NCBI GenBank assembly: GCA_964304625.1
Contig: OZ199839.1
Location: forward strand, 3,009,223 to 3,073,222
Length of the DNA: 64,000 bases
Origin: Kudoa neothunni
Taxonomy: Eukaryota; Animalia; Cnidaria
Direction: 5' to 3'
Position numbers and translations under genes: made by a program. This document shows, one piece after another, positions 39,251-54,410 of the stretch. The notes beneath the pieces were generated by a model. That model searched no databases. It was not told where the DNA came from and saw nothing but the letters and a program-made list of their open reading frames with translations. Every line of letters starts with the position of its first letter. Positions within the stretch are counted from its first letter, which is position 1.

Positions 39251-41570
39251 TATAAAGACGTATTATTCCGTCATTATTATTGTAATTAGGTTTGTTATGG
39301 TTTATTTTGTTCATAATTTTTCTTGCTTTTTTTATGCTTTTCTATAAGATTACACTCAGTCCTCGATAATGATTTAAATTTTAAGTATTCAAAACTGTTG
39401 AATAAATAATAATTCTAATTTTTGTTTAATATGATTTAATTTAATGTTTTAATCAGTGTGCATTTGTCAAAGCTTCTACTGCACATTCGAAGCTTGTTTA
39501 TTTATTTTGTTAATTTTTTGTGGGGACGACAATTTTTCCAATCTCGTTTATCGTAAATATCCATATAGAGGACTTGTTTAAGGTGTGGGATCTTCGTCTA
39601 CATAAATATCACCTGATATTAAAATATAATAAATTCTAGTTTAAGCTCATAGGAAACATGCATAAAGCTTTTATTCATATTTTACGAAAAATCAGATGTA
39701 GAATGGCGTTTGAAATAAACCTCAATTTTTATTACGAATTTTTTGGCATCAGCCATATAAATTAAGATGATAATTTTAATTTTTTCATTAAAATAATTGT
39801 GTTGATAAACTTTGTTAAACTAGATTGACTAACAGTAAAGATGTTATAAAAAAATCATTTTAAATTACAAAGGAAAATAATTGGTTGCCATATGTTTATT
39901 ATTTTCCTAGTAGGGGGTTAATACTTATTTGTTTTTACTGAAATATACTCAGTTTCGACCTCTTTCTCTCATTATAATTAAATTTTTGTATTTAATGCGA
40001 AAATTTGTCAAAGAAATTATCATAATTAATTAAAGTTTAATTATTCCATAAAATAGTCTTAATTTTAAAAACAAACTATGCTATTGTGTAACTTAGTTAC
40101 CTTTTCACAATTATTACAGTAAATTCCCGATATTGCATAGTAGAGCGGAGCCGCTAATTTACTTTAAATGCAAAATTACTGTACAATACTGAGACGAGAT
40201 TATACTTCCGTTAATTGTATTTAATCATAAATGATTAGAATAAAATTTATCGAATAAACTGTTTCCAGTTATTTTCTAACAAATAATAAATCTGATTAAA
40301 TAAATATTTAACATTCCAAAAAACGTTCGTATTATCTTTTAAGTATCATGTAGTAAAAATAAATATTCTTAAGGTATACACATTTTTATACTGAGGATGG
40401 AATCATCTTTTTAGACCCATATATTTTTGGCTGTGATTATGGATCCGGTAATTTATTCCTAATGTCGACGCGCGCGTGCGCGGGTTCCGTTTTTAACCTC
40501 ATTCACTTATATTCCGAATAGGTGTAGGAAGTAGAAATTTTTGAATTTTTCATAGCTACTTATTTCTAATGCAAAGAAGTTTAATGATGGAAGATAAAAA
40601 TAAATATAGTCCAAGTTCAACTTATCTGAATACCTTGGACGCAACAATAGCCACCTACCGTTTATTTGATAACTAATTTGAAAATTACTTTAAATAAACT
40701 TAAAAAGTATGGTTTAAAGTTAAAATTATTTTTGAGGCACTTATTTTACTATTTAAAGATAAATCCTCCAACTTCTTTAATTATAGATTTAAATAAATCA
40801 TTAAAACATTTTGGATGTGATGAATTACTATGTATTAATTTTATCCAATATAAAAAGTAACATTAAACAAAAAATTGACAATTACGATTTAGTCGTTGAA
40901 TGATTAGATCCTCCCGTTGTATTACCGTATTTATAAGTTTCCTACATTTTCTAACCTTTCATTGAATAAAATTCTTAAAAAAATTAAAATATTAGCTTCT
41001 TATAGATCTTTAAAAATTTCATACTCTAAATTATAACCATAGAATTAACCAAAAATTGCATATTTTAATTTACCCCACCAAATTCAGCTATCATTTATCA
41101 TTGGTTGATTATTGAGATGTCAATCCCGTTTTAATATATACTTTCAGTAACATTATCAACGTAGAATAGAATATTTTTAAGGCTCAAAATCACAATACTA
41201 CAAATTATCATCTGATTTGGTATAATTCATCGATGATATTAAATTTCGCACCAGTATTTTTGTGATATAGAACTCAATTTTATATAACGATACCTCTATA
41301 AAATTATTTATTTTTAACTCACTTAAAATAACCCCTCCATTATTTTAAAGTAGACATAAAAGTAATTTTGACGGATAAACAACTTATCTTTGGTGCTTAA
41401 ATCGATTTTTTGACAATTAAACACGTAAAAATGAATGAATTAATAAATTAATTGACATTAGCATTACAAAAGAATTCTTGAATGATATAAGAACAAAACG
41501 ATAATGCTATTAATAACTTGTTACATTTATATAATATTAGAAGAACACTAGGAAAGCTAATATAAAACCA

Positions 41571-44500
41571 TCATTTTGAAGCAGGAGGCTGATCTTCAAT
41601 AATTTTGCTAATAGTACTTTTGAGACTATCAAACTTTTCGCACATATCTTTGTGATAAAGCAACTGATCGGATTGGACTAATTCGGAATTGATTTGAAGT
41701 GCTTTTTCACATAATGATAAGAATTCTCTGTAAATATTAACACCGTTAAAGTACAACTCAATAAAGTATTGAAGGCTACCCAAAAACATTTCTCAATGTG
41801 GTAATATCAGCCTTGGCGTGTGTTTCCTCGGCTTTCTTAGAAGCAAAAGTATTTGCATAACCAACAGGACCAGCATTGACCTAAAATGTTATAAAAGCAA
41901 TATTTAATAAAAATGTCCAACAAATATTATTATGCTTTTATAATTGCTTACTTGAACGCTGACCGAACCCTGTAATTTCAATTGAAGTCGCTTCATATCT
42001 GGAGGGTACATATTGACAACATCTTGAAGTTGTTTCACCTGAAGACTCATCTCGTCGATGGCAACTTTAATGGGGGTTAATTCTGTGACAACTTTATGCG
42101 TAACATTCAATCTCTTTTTCATGTAGGGGAATGCATGGTAAGCTAAAAATCGAAATAAAAGCTTAACCTAATCGCCAAAACAATACTATGGAAAATGGTG
42201 ACTCGTTTCCATTGATCTTCGATACCACCATGGGCTTTGCCACCGGGAGTGAATGGGATTTCCAATACAAAAGCACGTACATTGGTATTGATATCGAATG
42301 TGGTGAGATTGGAGCCACCATTTTTTTTATATTCGTCAATCGGTATCACACCATTGATTTGAATATAGTTGATGTTGGGGTCTAGAGAGTCGGTCTTCAC
42401 TGTGCCGCCTTCGAGAATAATACGCACATTTCCAACCGAATTAGTGTAGATATTTTCTAGACGTTCTTTGATAGTGGCGAGTGGAGTATAAGGAGGTTCT
42501 TTGTAGATGAAGTTTTTGCCGCCATTCTCACGGAAACCCTTACCGTAAAAAGCCACTCTGTAGTAGGCACCAAAATTACGATTGTTTGATGCGTTTCTAT
42601 CGGATATATTGTTGTAGGCATCAGACATATTCTTGTAAATTTGGCCAAGCTCGCTGTAACTTTTTCCATTCTCCAATATAGGTATAATACATTTGAAGAG
42701 AGTTGAAACATCCTCATATCGTTGTGATTTGGCAAAATACTCAGAAGTTTTGATCAAATGTTGATAGAGATTTTCGATGCCGATCGATTCGAAATCACTT
42801 CCATCTTCTTTTTTGGAGGAAAAATTCAGCATCTTAATGTTGCTTGAGATCGATCGAAACAGCTCAATATCATCTTTCATAGTTTTAGGATCGTTGGACT
42901 TTAACAGCTGGATATACACAACAGCGCTGTGTAAAGCACACATAGCAGCCTCAGCGAAGAACCCATTTTTCTCGTGTGTCTCAGCCATTCTACTGTACCA
43001 GTTGATAAGAATTTCGGGTGTTTCTGAGAAGATGTTTGAAAGATTGAACAAAATACCGATTGATGTCTCGATGTCATTGACGTGTTTTTTCATACGCTGT
43101 CCAACCTTGAGTATGGACTGTATACGTCGGTTTAGATCAATAATTTCGTTGGTGAATTCGTTATTCTAAGCCAACAAATCATTAATCAAACGACACCACG
43201 AAAACACACATACCTTTGCGCCATTGTCATCTTTAATCAATCGTGTCCAATTTGAAACGCAGCGAAGCACAAACTTAGCTACAAGATTATTGTCCATAAT
43301 TTGTGTTGATGCACAGATCAATTTGATGTATGATCTCTGGAATGGATTTCCCGCGAAATAAAAATTGGCCTTCAATATCATGTAGATAAAGAGATTGACC
43401 TCATTTCTTATTTCGCTATCTAAGAATGGCAACTTTTCAAACAATTCCAAAAATAGTTTTTCCAAAAAATTGTTGTTTCCTTTAAAGATAACAAAATATC
43501 TCCCCTGTATAAACAATCGTATGTGGGCCAAAAAATATTTCATTGCTTTTTTTGAGTGAATTGAGGCGAGGACATGAAGGTAAGTATCCAGTATTATCCT
43601 CATTACCGGATTGTTACCGCTATCCGATTTGAGAACTAGCTAAATATACAAAAATTTATAACGATCAAGCCAACCACACTTATGTAAGTTTTACCTTTTG
43701 TGACTTGCAGAACAACTCAATAATATCCAAAATAAGAACAGTAATCTCTTGGAATAACGCGTTGTCGGTGTTGGAAAAAGTGGAATCACCCACAAGGGCT
43801 CTCTTCAATTTCGACTTATTGCCCATCGTCGTGTTACCATCTTTTAATGTTGTGTTGCTGAGAGATTCCAAAACAAATTCTTTTTTCATATTTAAATTTT
43901 TGTCATACTGAAATACATCAACAGCCGTTTTGAGAAGGGCGAAAAATTGCAAATAATTCATATATTTATTGTTACCTTTATCGCCAATTACCTTGGAAAA
44001 ATACGACTGGGCTGAAGTGGGTATTCCTTTCACAATTATTTTAGGGAAATTGGTCCACCAGTTCATCAGAAAATCTTTGTTCACATTCTGTAGAATATAC
44101 AAAAAACAAATAAGCAAATCTCTGGTGTTGTTGAATAGTAATGATTTGTTTGCAGACTCATAGTTGGAACTATTCGACACCATCGAACTATTCTGTTGAG
44201 CTGGTGACAAATCAAATGTGGATAATCCCGATTTGCTGTTATTAATTTGGAAGGAGGAAGTACTAGTGACGGTGGCAACAGATCGAAGGGTGGGCGCAGT
44301 GGTTACACTGGCAGAAGGAACCACCTCGTCACTTTTATCAGCAGCGTCCTTGTTTTTTGATGCTTGCAGGAAAAGGTGGGTATTTTCTACAATTACACTG
44401 AGGAAAGGCACATACAACGCCATCACAATACCAAGACATTGGCCATTCTTATCGTTATATCTATCGTCAAAGTGATGTTTGACTAGAAGGTCTCTAAACA

Positions 44501-47500
44501 ATATGATAGCTTCGGTTCTGTTCTCAATTGAGAGAGTGAGCGATCTTTCCACTTCATCGATCATAATGGCGGCTAGATAATGAACTTTGAAGTATTTCTG
44601 TGACAATATCATGCTTTGGCCAGAGCTCAATAGGTTTTTGTTGAGAACTGAAGGTGGTACGTTGATCGGAAGGAAAAATTCATTTCGAGCCAGTACTTTT
44701 AAGAAATCAAACTTCAAATCGCTCAAACCTTCCACTTTCAACTCATAAAATTTATAGGTCTCATAAAAATAGCTGATCATTCCAATCACAAAATTTCTAT
44801 CAAGAATATTCAGCAGCTCACTCACAAATTTAGCCAGTTGAGTGTTCACTTTCATCACTCGCACCGACTTTTTCCCCACTTTATTTATCACATACTTGAT
44901 CATTGAATGCATAAACCATCGCAAATGTTCCTCAGTGGTTTGATTGATAATGGCGATTCGGTTGCCTTGTTTGTATTTGAACGAGTTGGAGATCAACACC
45001 TTTAAACTTTTCAAAAGAATTTTAGTGAAAACCCATGAATTTTGGAAAGTGCTTTCCAATTTTTTCGAATCAATATGAATCAACTCAAAAAGGCCTCGCA
45101 AGAGACTCTCATGAACGTAACCACCATCTTTATTGTAGACAATAAGGTTGTGGTTGATGTACTTGCCCAAAATTTTGCCATAATCTTTAGAAACCAACCG
45201 ATTGACTATATGGGTGATCAAACTCGCGGTGGATTTCACCAAGTCAAGTTCTTGAGCGCTCTTCATTTCCAATTTGTTGGTTGAAATCAGGAAATTGGTC
45301 AACCATTGGAATATCACATTATACCCGTTGGTCATAGCCACGTCGCTAATAACATGACAAACTTTGATCAACTTGGAAAACTCCTCGGGGTTGTTTGGAC
45401 CAAGTGGAGTGGATTTATTTTTGTTAACCAACCGCTTGAAAGTTTCATCAAAACAAGTCACATTAGAACGATAGTGCAGTTCAAGTTTGATTATTGGGCG
45501 TCCTTGGCCATCCATCCAACGAATGTCGTTATTTGTCTCGTTGGCTATGTTTGGCGACTCCAAATCATACTTAATGTAGTTTTCCGGCAACGTGCTAACT
45601 GCTGGCAAGCTCACCTCCCTAACCAAATCGTACTCGCCATGATTTGGAAGTATTTTCACCCATGAATAACCCAATAGACATTTTGGTAGCTTTTTCGATT
45701 TGTTTTCTTTGAATAATCGTTTGGTGTCTATGCTGTAATAGGCAATAAGGACGTGAAAATTTTCCGATATTTCTTGCGGCAGCATCACACGGAATTCCTC
45801 TGAATACACAGGATGCAACGTTTTTGGCACAATTGTACATGAATCGGTCTCAGTCATACAAATGTTGCCATATCGAGAGTAAAAAAGTGGGTAAGAAGAT
45901 CGCTGGTTATCATCTTTGATGTGGAATTCGAGAATTACGTTTTTAATCTAAAATTTGACGTTAGAATTGAGTTAGACTGAGATTTTTTATCTAATTTTGT
46001 ATTTTTATATTTAATTAAAACATCTAAATCTAGCTCATATATTCAAAAATCGATATTTTATTATTATTTTTATTGAAGATGTTCTAACTAATCTAACCAC
46101 GAATAGTAAATAATAACTTACTCCAACTTGACTTTTACAGTTGGTCATGTTGGCCTCGATTGGGTAGATGAAAAGGTCGTTTGAAAGGGTTTCAAAAGGA
46201 GGGCACACAGATTTTCGAGTGTCAGTTAACGAACTTGAAAGCACAGTGTAGTCGGAACTTATGAGTGGCTTGGCTCCTGTTTTACTTGCTTTGAAAGGTT
46301 CGAACGAAGATGTCAACACGTTCGACATACTTTCGAGAGATGAAATCAGCTTCATCGAAGTAGTTATTTTAGCTCCGGGATAGGTGATAATTTTGGATTT
46401 GACGTCTCCACTAATCAACAACTTCAATTACACAGTCCATCTGATAATATTAAAGTTACGATGCGGTATCTCTGAGATATTTTGGAGTGTCAAAGTATTT
46501 GTGATCGAACTTATAAAGTGGTAATTCTTCATCTTCTGCCAATAATTCCAGTTTATCGTTGAAAACTTTCCTACAAAGTGTGAAACTCTATAGCTCGTAA
46601 AATTGTTAACGATTTACTTGTGTGCACTAGCGAAATAAGTCATGTACATCAGACCCGATTTTGATAGAGTGGATGCGTATTCACATTGCTTCTTGGCAAG
46701 TTTATTGTCCGGTTTCATGTAGGCGTCATAGTAATGCCCACCATCGTACAACTTCATCACTCTCAACACCAAAACTATATCTTGGTTAGCATCCACAACT
46801 TCAAAAATGTACTAAACTCATTCAAATCACCACCTGAAACATCCTTGAAACAGTACTCTATTTATCTTCTTCGAACTGAAATCATTCTTTGCTAATTTCA
46901 CCACGTCTTTAATGTTATGTTGTACCACGGGCATATTGAGGTTGATCAATGCTTCATTTTGTAGATCGAAATATACATTCTCACTTATTTTTTTGTTTAT
47001 ATTGGCGTCGTACAAAAAGCAGTCGACGATATAAGGTTCAATGGGTTTATCAGAATCGTTGTTGTCAAGCCTCAAATCAAATGCTATGGATTTGACTTGT
47101 AACGTGACGTAACTCTTTGAAATATGTTTTTTTGTAATGATGCCTACGTTTGGCGCTGATTGGAACAAGCAATGATATATATTGAAAAGTTTTTCGCTAA
47201 AACATATTATATTAGGGTCGATAGATCGAACCTGGGTATATATTTATTTTCACTTTATTATCAATATACTGATCTCAAAAAATTATAGTTTATAATATTA
47301 AAATTAAAATATGGGTTTAAATTTATAAAATACTATATTTTATGAACACTATCATGATAAATCTAAATTGGAAGCGTTTTGTGATTTTATTATTCACTTG
47401 ATAACATGTTACAATTTATGAACAAAATTAAAATACTGTATTTAAAAAAAATTAAATTAAACATTATAATAATTATATTTGTTTACTTCATGTTATAAGG

Positions 47501-50216
47501 AGATAATATCAAAACATTTCATTGCAATAAAGCAATGAAGAATTAAAGAAATGAATGGGGGTTTTAATTCAGGTTTGTAAATCTTAAACGCTTTCGCTAA
47601 TTCAACTAATAATCAACAATAATACAACAAAACTCCATTATGTAAACAAAATTGAAATAAATAAACTTTGAATTTATTTTAATTATTATTTATTGCTATA
47701 ATATGAAAATCGACTCATATTTTTTACGCAATAAATATCATTGTATAATTTTGTACTATTAAATTGCTTAGAAATGCTCAAAATCAATAAAATCATGATT
47801 TCTAGGCGATTAATAATAAGTAGATAACCTGCATAAACAAAAACATTATTACAAGGATAAACTAAAATCAGTGGATGATATTTAGGAAAATATTATTAGG
47901 ACATGTTTTTACAGCAAAATAGCAAAAGTTTATTTAATTATGCAACTTTTACACACAAGCTATATACAGATATAATCCTTCAGAATCTGCTATATTTAAT
48001 TTTTGTTCTGGCCCCCCGTTTAACTCTAATGAGTTAGAAATAATTAAATATAGCTAAAACCAGTAACACTTGAAAATTATTGACCGTGCCAATAGCCATT
48101 CTCATGTTTAATCAATTAAATTAATCGCCTCAACAAATATTTTATATTAATATTTATTATTTTTAAGCATCATTCCGAATTAAAAAAAATGAATAAAAAT
48201 ATTTATTAGAAATATATATTTAAGATATATATTAAAACTAAATGTTTCTTATAATAATTTCCCGTAAAAATTATATAATGTTGATACATTTGAACACTGC
48301 TTAAATTTTCTCTATTCCATTAAAAAAGAGAAAAGGATTTAAAAATATATTAATCTAATTTAACTGTAGAATATAATGAGATTTTATTATTCTGACAATT
48401 AAAATAAATCATTCTCGCAAAGCATAAAAAACTACTAGAAATTTTAAAAAATATGAATCCGAGTAATAAATTAATATATGAGCTCATTAATTAAGTACTA
48501 TTCTCTAATCTATTGAAAGTTGATCAAATAGTCATTTTTATTTTAGGAAAAAGGCTTAAAGGATAATATTAATCAGAAAGTTCATAAAAATATTAACCTT
48601 AATTTTGCATATCATGATATTATAAGTTAGATTGAAATAATTAATCCACAACTGTAAAGAGCAATAAACAACATACCAATTCTCTGAGAGTTTTTTGATT
48701 AACTTTTTATCACAGTCCGAACTGAAATCAGATAACTGTGACAAGTCGTTGGTTTTCCAAATGTCAGATTCGTTGGTTGATTTACTACCATATTTTGTAG
48801 GAGATCTGACGTTTCCAGTTTGGACATCCATTTCAAGTCCAGTTGCAGTGCATAGCGTGGTCATCCAACTGTTTAACTCCTCCACTTTAGTCGATGTGAA
48901 CACATAGATCATTTCATTTACGTGCAGCTCCAGTGTTTTCTTGTTGCTCAAAGAACCCTATTAATGGATAGATAGAACGGTAAATTTAGCTAACAAAAGT
49001 CCCTAATAAGCACCTGTCTAATTTGAGTACAAAATTCCAAATCAATCCATCTACGAACACTTTTCGATTGTTCGTCCTATACAAAAATATTATCGGTAAG
49101 TAGGATTATGCCAGTGAGCGTTACATTTTTAATTTCTAGCATATAGAAACTGTCAGGTGTTTCTTGAAATAGAGTGATGTATCTTGCGCGTAATTTCTAT
49201 ATGAAACAACGTCCAAAATGCAATATTCTCGCCTAGACAAAATTTACCTTCTTATCTGCGATCCACTAAAAAGAGATATTAAAACATAATCTCAAACTGA
49301 AACGAATTACTTTCGATGATAGCACTGATACATTTTCAACAGGGGGAAACATCTCTAACACCCCTTTTTTGCTAATACCTCTAACTATTTTTACCATCTC
49401 ATCATCTTTTTCCTAAATCAATCCAACCATTCCAATTAATTCTATCTACGTAATATTGGCTGTGAAGTACTGATTTTTTGGTTTCCGTTTCAGTGCTTTC
49501 AGCGCTTTCATTTGAATCAACAAAATTGGAAGTGGAAGAATTTTTCTGTGCCTCTTGATATCTAAATCAAACCCAAATTAGGATATTGCTTGTTGAAAAT
49601 TTTACGAAAACTGTTAGTTGTTAGTACCTTGTAAAAATATCATATTTTCCTTGAAATTTTTTAAAATTGTTAATGAAACCATTGGTTTTCTCCTCGTAAT
49701 ATATCATACTATAAGCCTAGAGAACAACACGAGAATGTAGCCCCATAATAAAGACATTCATATCAAATACCAATTTACTATAAGGATTTAAACTATCTAA
49801 CGTTTTCACCTGATAAATTGAAGGCCATTCCACCTTTTTGTAGGGGTCTATAGGCCGGTCCGAATAGATTTTGACAGGATATTCGAATGCAGCATTACAA
49901 TTCTCTTTCGACTGAGTCAGCTGAATGATATTTTTCTCAATATCAGTAGGTTTATAATGGTTTATATCGGAGTGTTTGTAGGAGGAAGCAGTGAATGGTT
50001 GGACGCAATCAATCTAACAGCAAAAAAACTCAACGTCAACTCAATACAAGATGAAAATGATATCGATAGGATTGCGATTAGAATCTCATATCTATCCAAC
50101 AAACGCATACATACAGTAGCTGATATAATTGGTGCTTTCTTGTCATCATCCTTATTGACTATTACAACTTTACTTTCACCTTTTTTCGCCGTGGAAGCAT
50201 TCCTGAGTTTTTTCAT
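41571..50216 (-). CDS. Dedicator of cytokinesis, DOCK-D subfamily (DOCK9/10/11, zizimin): PH, DHR-1 (C2) and DHR-2 GEF domains, multi-exon
   Basis: PH (KKGVLEM...RARYITL...EELNSWMTTL), NDLFIYP, DHR-1 (HPVYSEEFRVMLP..FHVLI..LGYSWV), LLVKHHFDDRY, DHR-2 (AEAAMCALH, FGAYYRVAFYG..FIYKEP, IEDQWKR, AFPYMKKRL, LQLKLQGSVSVQVNAGP). Confidence 0.94.
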
Positions 50217-52138
50217 TTTTTGTCACTTGTTCAAATGAAGATTGGTTGACCAAGTGAAAATAATAATGGAACAGGAACAGTAGCTATTGGATGTGTCCAA
50301 AATAGGATTAAGTCCTCCGACTAGGTATATTATTAAGTAGTATTTTAGCAATTCTTATCGAGATTACGCACGCTCTCATGATCACATTTTGTAAGGAATT
50401 GGTTGGAAAACTCGATCTAACAAACTCACTGGACAATTCTCAATTAACTGGTAAGTATTCAAGTAGATTTGTATCGATTAACCACTCCTACGTATATTAA
50501 TTAACTTGATAATCATATCATAACCGTAGAAAACAATCATATTAAAGTCATCCTTTTGTGAATGGTTGTAAAAAATACATTTAGAAAATAATTCGTAGTG
50601 ATGTCGATAATCATTTTCAACTTATCGTGCATTAAAATAAATTTAAATCGCTTTACGACCATCCTCAATAATGCTATCAACCTACAGCTGTGTGTAATAG
50701 TATGTTCAACCATGCTAAAGCCTATTCATCTGGTTGAAAAGTTTTTTAATAAATCTGCTTTAATCCGTTTACGTTATTTACATGCCTATTCTGATATTTC
50801 TACGTAGTGAATATGTCCATTGATATTATTTCATATGAGCATTATTCGTCACGTACATTATTAGTCGATTATGTTCTTGTTTATTGGCTACAGTTTAATA
50901 TTAGACAGAAACTTTATTTTACTTATTGAGTTTGTTCAATATATTTGTTCTTATAGACAAAATGTGTTTATTATTTGGTTAATGTATGCGGACTTCATTA
51001 CCTTAAAATAATCATCTCATCCAATTAGATTCGAAATTATCAGTTCAGCCTACCAATTTTATATATTTTTCAATCGAATAAAAAATTTATTTAAATTATA
51101 CTATAGTGCTCATTTTTTCGTAGTAATAATAAAAATAAGCTGTTAAGTTATCGGTGATGAGATTATCCCACCTTTTTGTAAACACCTTGAATAGGGAACC
51201 ACGTTTCTAACAAATATGACTCTTTCCCAATTCGAAAATAAGTTTAAAATATTCGAGTTGATTTGAATTAATAAATTTAGTTGCCTTTTTAGAAATAACG
51301 TCAATTAAGTGAGTAATGAAGAAGAGTAACAATGTATCATATTGGCCGTAATCCAAATCAGCGACAACGTTCAATAACGAGCCCCTGAATATTTTAATAA
51401 TAAGTACTGATAAGTGTTGCGCCATCAGTTGGGTACTTTTAGCAACCGTTGTTTTTCACCAAAAAAGCATTCGCAATAATCTATTAATGCAGAGAATTCC
51501 TAATCCCTCACGATTATTTCGACAGGTTATTCCACCAATTAAGTCGGCTCAAGTAAAGTATGTTTTATATGTTGTAGAATTTAAGTAGGAAAACTCTAAT
51601 TTTGTTGGATTGTCATATTTCATCATTAGCGATTGCCTAATATTAAATCAATGTCTATAAGAAACAAGAATTCGTATTTTATGCAAGCATTAGGTGTTCA
51701 ATTGTAGCAAACTCATAACCATAATATCAAAAATAATATATTGAATGAAAATAAATCACTCCTTGCAAAAATTATAGCATAAATATAACGCTAATCTGGG
51801 TTTAAAAATATAGGATTAATATTCGAACTAATTATAATCTATAATCTGAAAATTCGGCCACTCACTATTCTGCGTTTTAACTCCAATAATTATTATTTTT
51901 TGCTAGTTTCAATAAGATGGCTCCGCTCACTACAAGGCTTTATGAATGCTTCCAATATAATACAATACGTCTTTTTTTAATTTTTTTAAAAATAATTATT
52001 TTTAGCATGAATACATTGAAAGTTTTTATAAGTCCAAATTAAATGCATTATTTTTTAGAAATTTCCTGCTTAAATTATTAAAATTTTAATTTAAAATTTA
52101 CTTGTGTTAATGATACAACAGTTACCGCTAACTACGTG

Positions 52139-54410
52139 TCACCAATCCTCTTCCGAGTTTTTGGGTGCAATCGGAGGATTTGGGTCAGCAAGCCCTAAAA
52201 CTTCTCCCTCTTTAGATAACTGCTCGCAGTTTGAGTTTGGGCTACCAGCCTCCATATGTAAATAATCATGTCTCTCGACGAATGGTTTTAATTTGTCGAA
52301 ATTCTTAGCAACTACTAATCCTTCTTTTCCTAATTTATTGACTAAATCAGCCACCCCGTCTACCACCACACAAGGACCGTTGTAGTAAGGTTCCAACTTG
52401 TTTTTACTTACAGGAATCTGCAGCCAGACCTTATCACCTGTTTTATGTGGATTTCCATAGACTTTGTTATAATATCTTAATTTGGTCTTTCCGAGTTCGC
52501 GCTGCATATTTTCTTTAGCTAATTTATGGGTCCGTTGTAAACAAACCCACGACAAGATTTCGCACGTAATTATCTGCGGTGAAACCATCAGTAACAACGT
52601 TTAAAACTGTATCAATAGAAGATTTCACTTCCCTGCCAAACATTGGAAAATTTTGTTGAAACATGGGTAGGAGATCTGTATGACATCATGATCAGTGGGA
52701 CCAAATCATCCCAATTGGTATAGCTCGGAGGAAATTTGCTAATCATATCAATAATTGTGCGATTTAACCGCACAACCATCCCATCGGACTTGGGATTATA
52801 GGGACAAGTCCTAGTTTTCTTAATACCTAATATTGAACACATTTCCTTAAACAGGGCCGATTCAAAGTTTTTATCCTGGTCACTGTGAAGAATCGACGGA
52901 ATGTCAAAACGACTGAAAAAGTTGTTGACCAACTTCTTAGCTATAGTGCTAGTCTCTTGATTTTTTATCGGGAACGTTTCTGCTCATTTCGTGAAGTAAT
53001 CTTGTACAACACAAATGTAGCGGTTCCCCTTGGAAGTTACGTTCAATGGGCCGACTATATTGATAGTTACTCGTTCTATAGGACTACCTGAAACATCCGT
53101 CTTTAATTTAGCCACGAATTTCTTCGTCAAGCAGTTTCTAAATCCATAAAATTTTGACACCAAACTATCATACACCTTATTATGACCAAGATGTCCAATT
53201 GGAATATTGTCATAAGCCAGATCCAGAACCTCTTTCTTAATAGTAACTGGAACAAATCTCAGCGTTATCTCGTTATTGCTTCTACGTAAGTTCTCTCTGT
53301 ACAGTAATCATCCATCAATTTCAAACTTTCTCTTAGCATCCATAAAACTTGAACTTTTCTGCTCTCGTTACTTCGTTGTTTCACAGGCATTGAGTTTGAT
53401 TCAATCCACTTAATTATTTGGATATAGTGATGGATCTTTTCGTTGTTCCACACGAAATACTTCCTTATTATTTCCTTCTATTTGGATAGCTGAACAGATT
53501 TTCTTTGTTGAAATCCGTGAAAGCGAATCAGCATTGACGTGTTCCTTCCCAGGTCTATGTACCACATCAAAATCAAACTCGGCTATCTGCTCTAACCATC
53601 GTGCCAATTCCCCTTCCGGATCCTTGAATCGCAATAGCCAACGAAGTACGTTATGATCCGTTCTAATGGTAAACTTTTTCCCAAGAAGATACGTCTTGTA
53701 ATATTTAACAAAGTTTTCCGATGCCAGTAATTCCTTCCTAGCTGTACTGTAATTTGTTTCTCTGAATGCCAAACTACGGCTGCCGAAACGAATAGCATGT
53801 TTTTCCCGTCGACCATTTGCGACAATACTTCACGAATCGAAAGTTTACTAGCGTCCGTATCCAACACATAGAGGATATTCCAGACAGGAGAGTAGAGTAA
53901 CACCGGATCCGCAATCAATCTTATCAACGAAGTAAAACTTCTTACACATTCTTCAGACCAATTCTATTCAACATTAGTTTTCAATAATTCATGTAAAGGA
54001 GATGACATCCCCGAAAACCCTTTGATAAATTTCCGGTAATAATTCACAAGACCAAGGAATTGTTGCAATTCTTTAACAATAGTAGATGGGGCCAATTATC
54101 AATAACTTCAGTTTTTGCAGGATTTGGTTTGATGCCCCTGCAATTAATTGTATGGCCAAGAAACATCATTTCATTTTTATAAAAACAGGATTTCTCGTAA
54201 GTTATATTCAAATTGGACTTTTTCAAGGTCTCCACAATTTTTCTAACATTTTCCTTATAAACGTCCATATTCTTTCCAAAAATAATAACTTCGTATAAGT
54301 AGACGAAACATTTTGAATCAATATTTTGAGTTACCAAGCATATCCAAAATTTTGTCAATACATGACAACGGACAGGAGTCTTTCGTAGTTATCGTATTGA
54401 GTTTTCCAAT
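52139..54410 (-). mobile_element. Ty3/gypsy LTR-retrotransposon pol remnant (RT-RNaseH-integrase), no LTR pair seen
   Basis: KLNTITTKDSCPLSCID; CFVYLYEVIIFG (decayed YLDD); LDTDAS; NYSTARKELLA; FTIRTDH..LRWL; HRPGKEHVNADSLSR; GHLGH; QDYFTK; LHSDQ..NFES; TCPYNPKSDGMV.RLNRT; GPCVV. Order RT-RH-INT. Confidence 0.93.

Noticed and set aside
41571-50238. Many plus-strand ORFs of 65-130 aa overlapping the DOCK gene (and similar antisense ORFs over OATP, TCERG1 and DAXX)
   Set aside because: Antisense shadows of long coding exons with no recognisable motifs.
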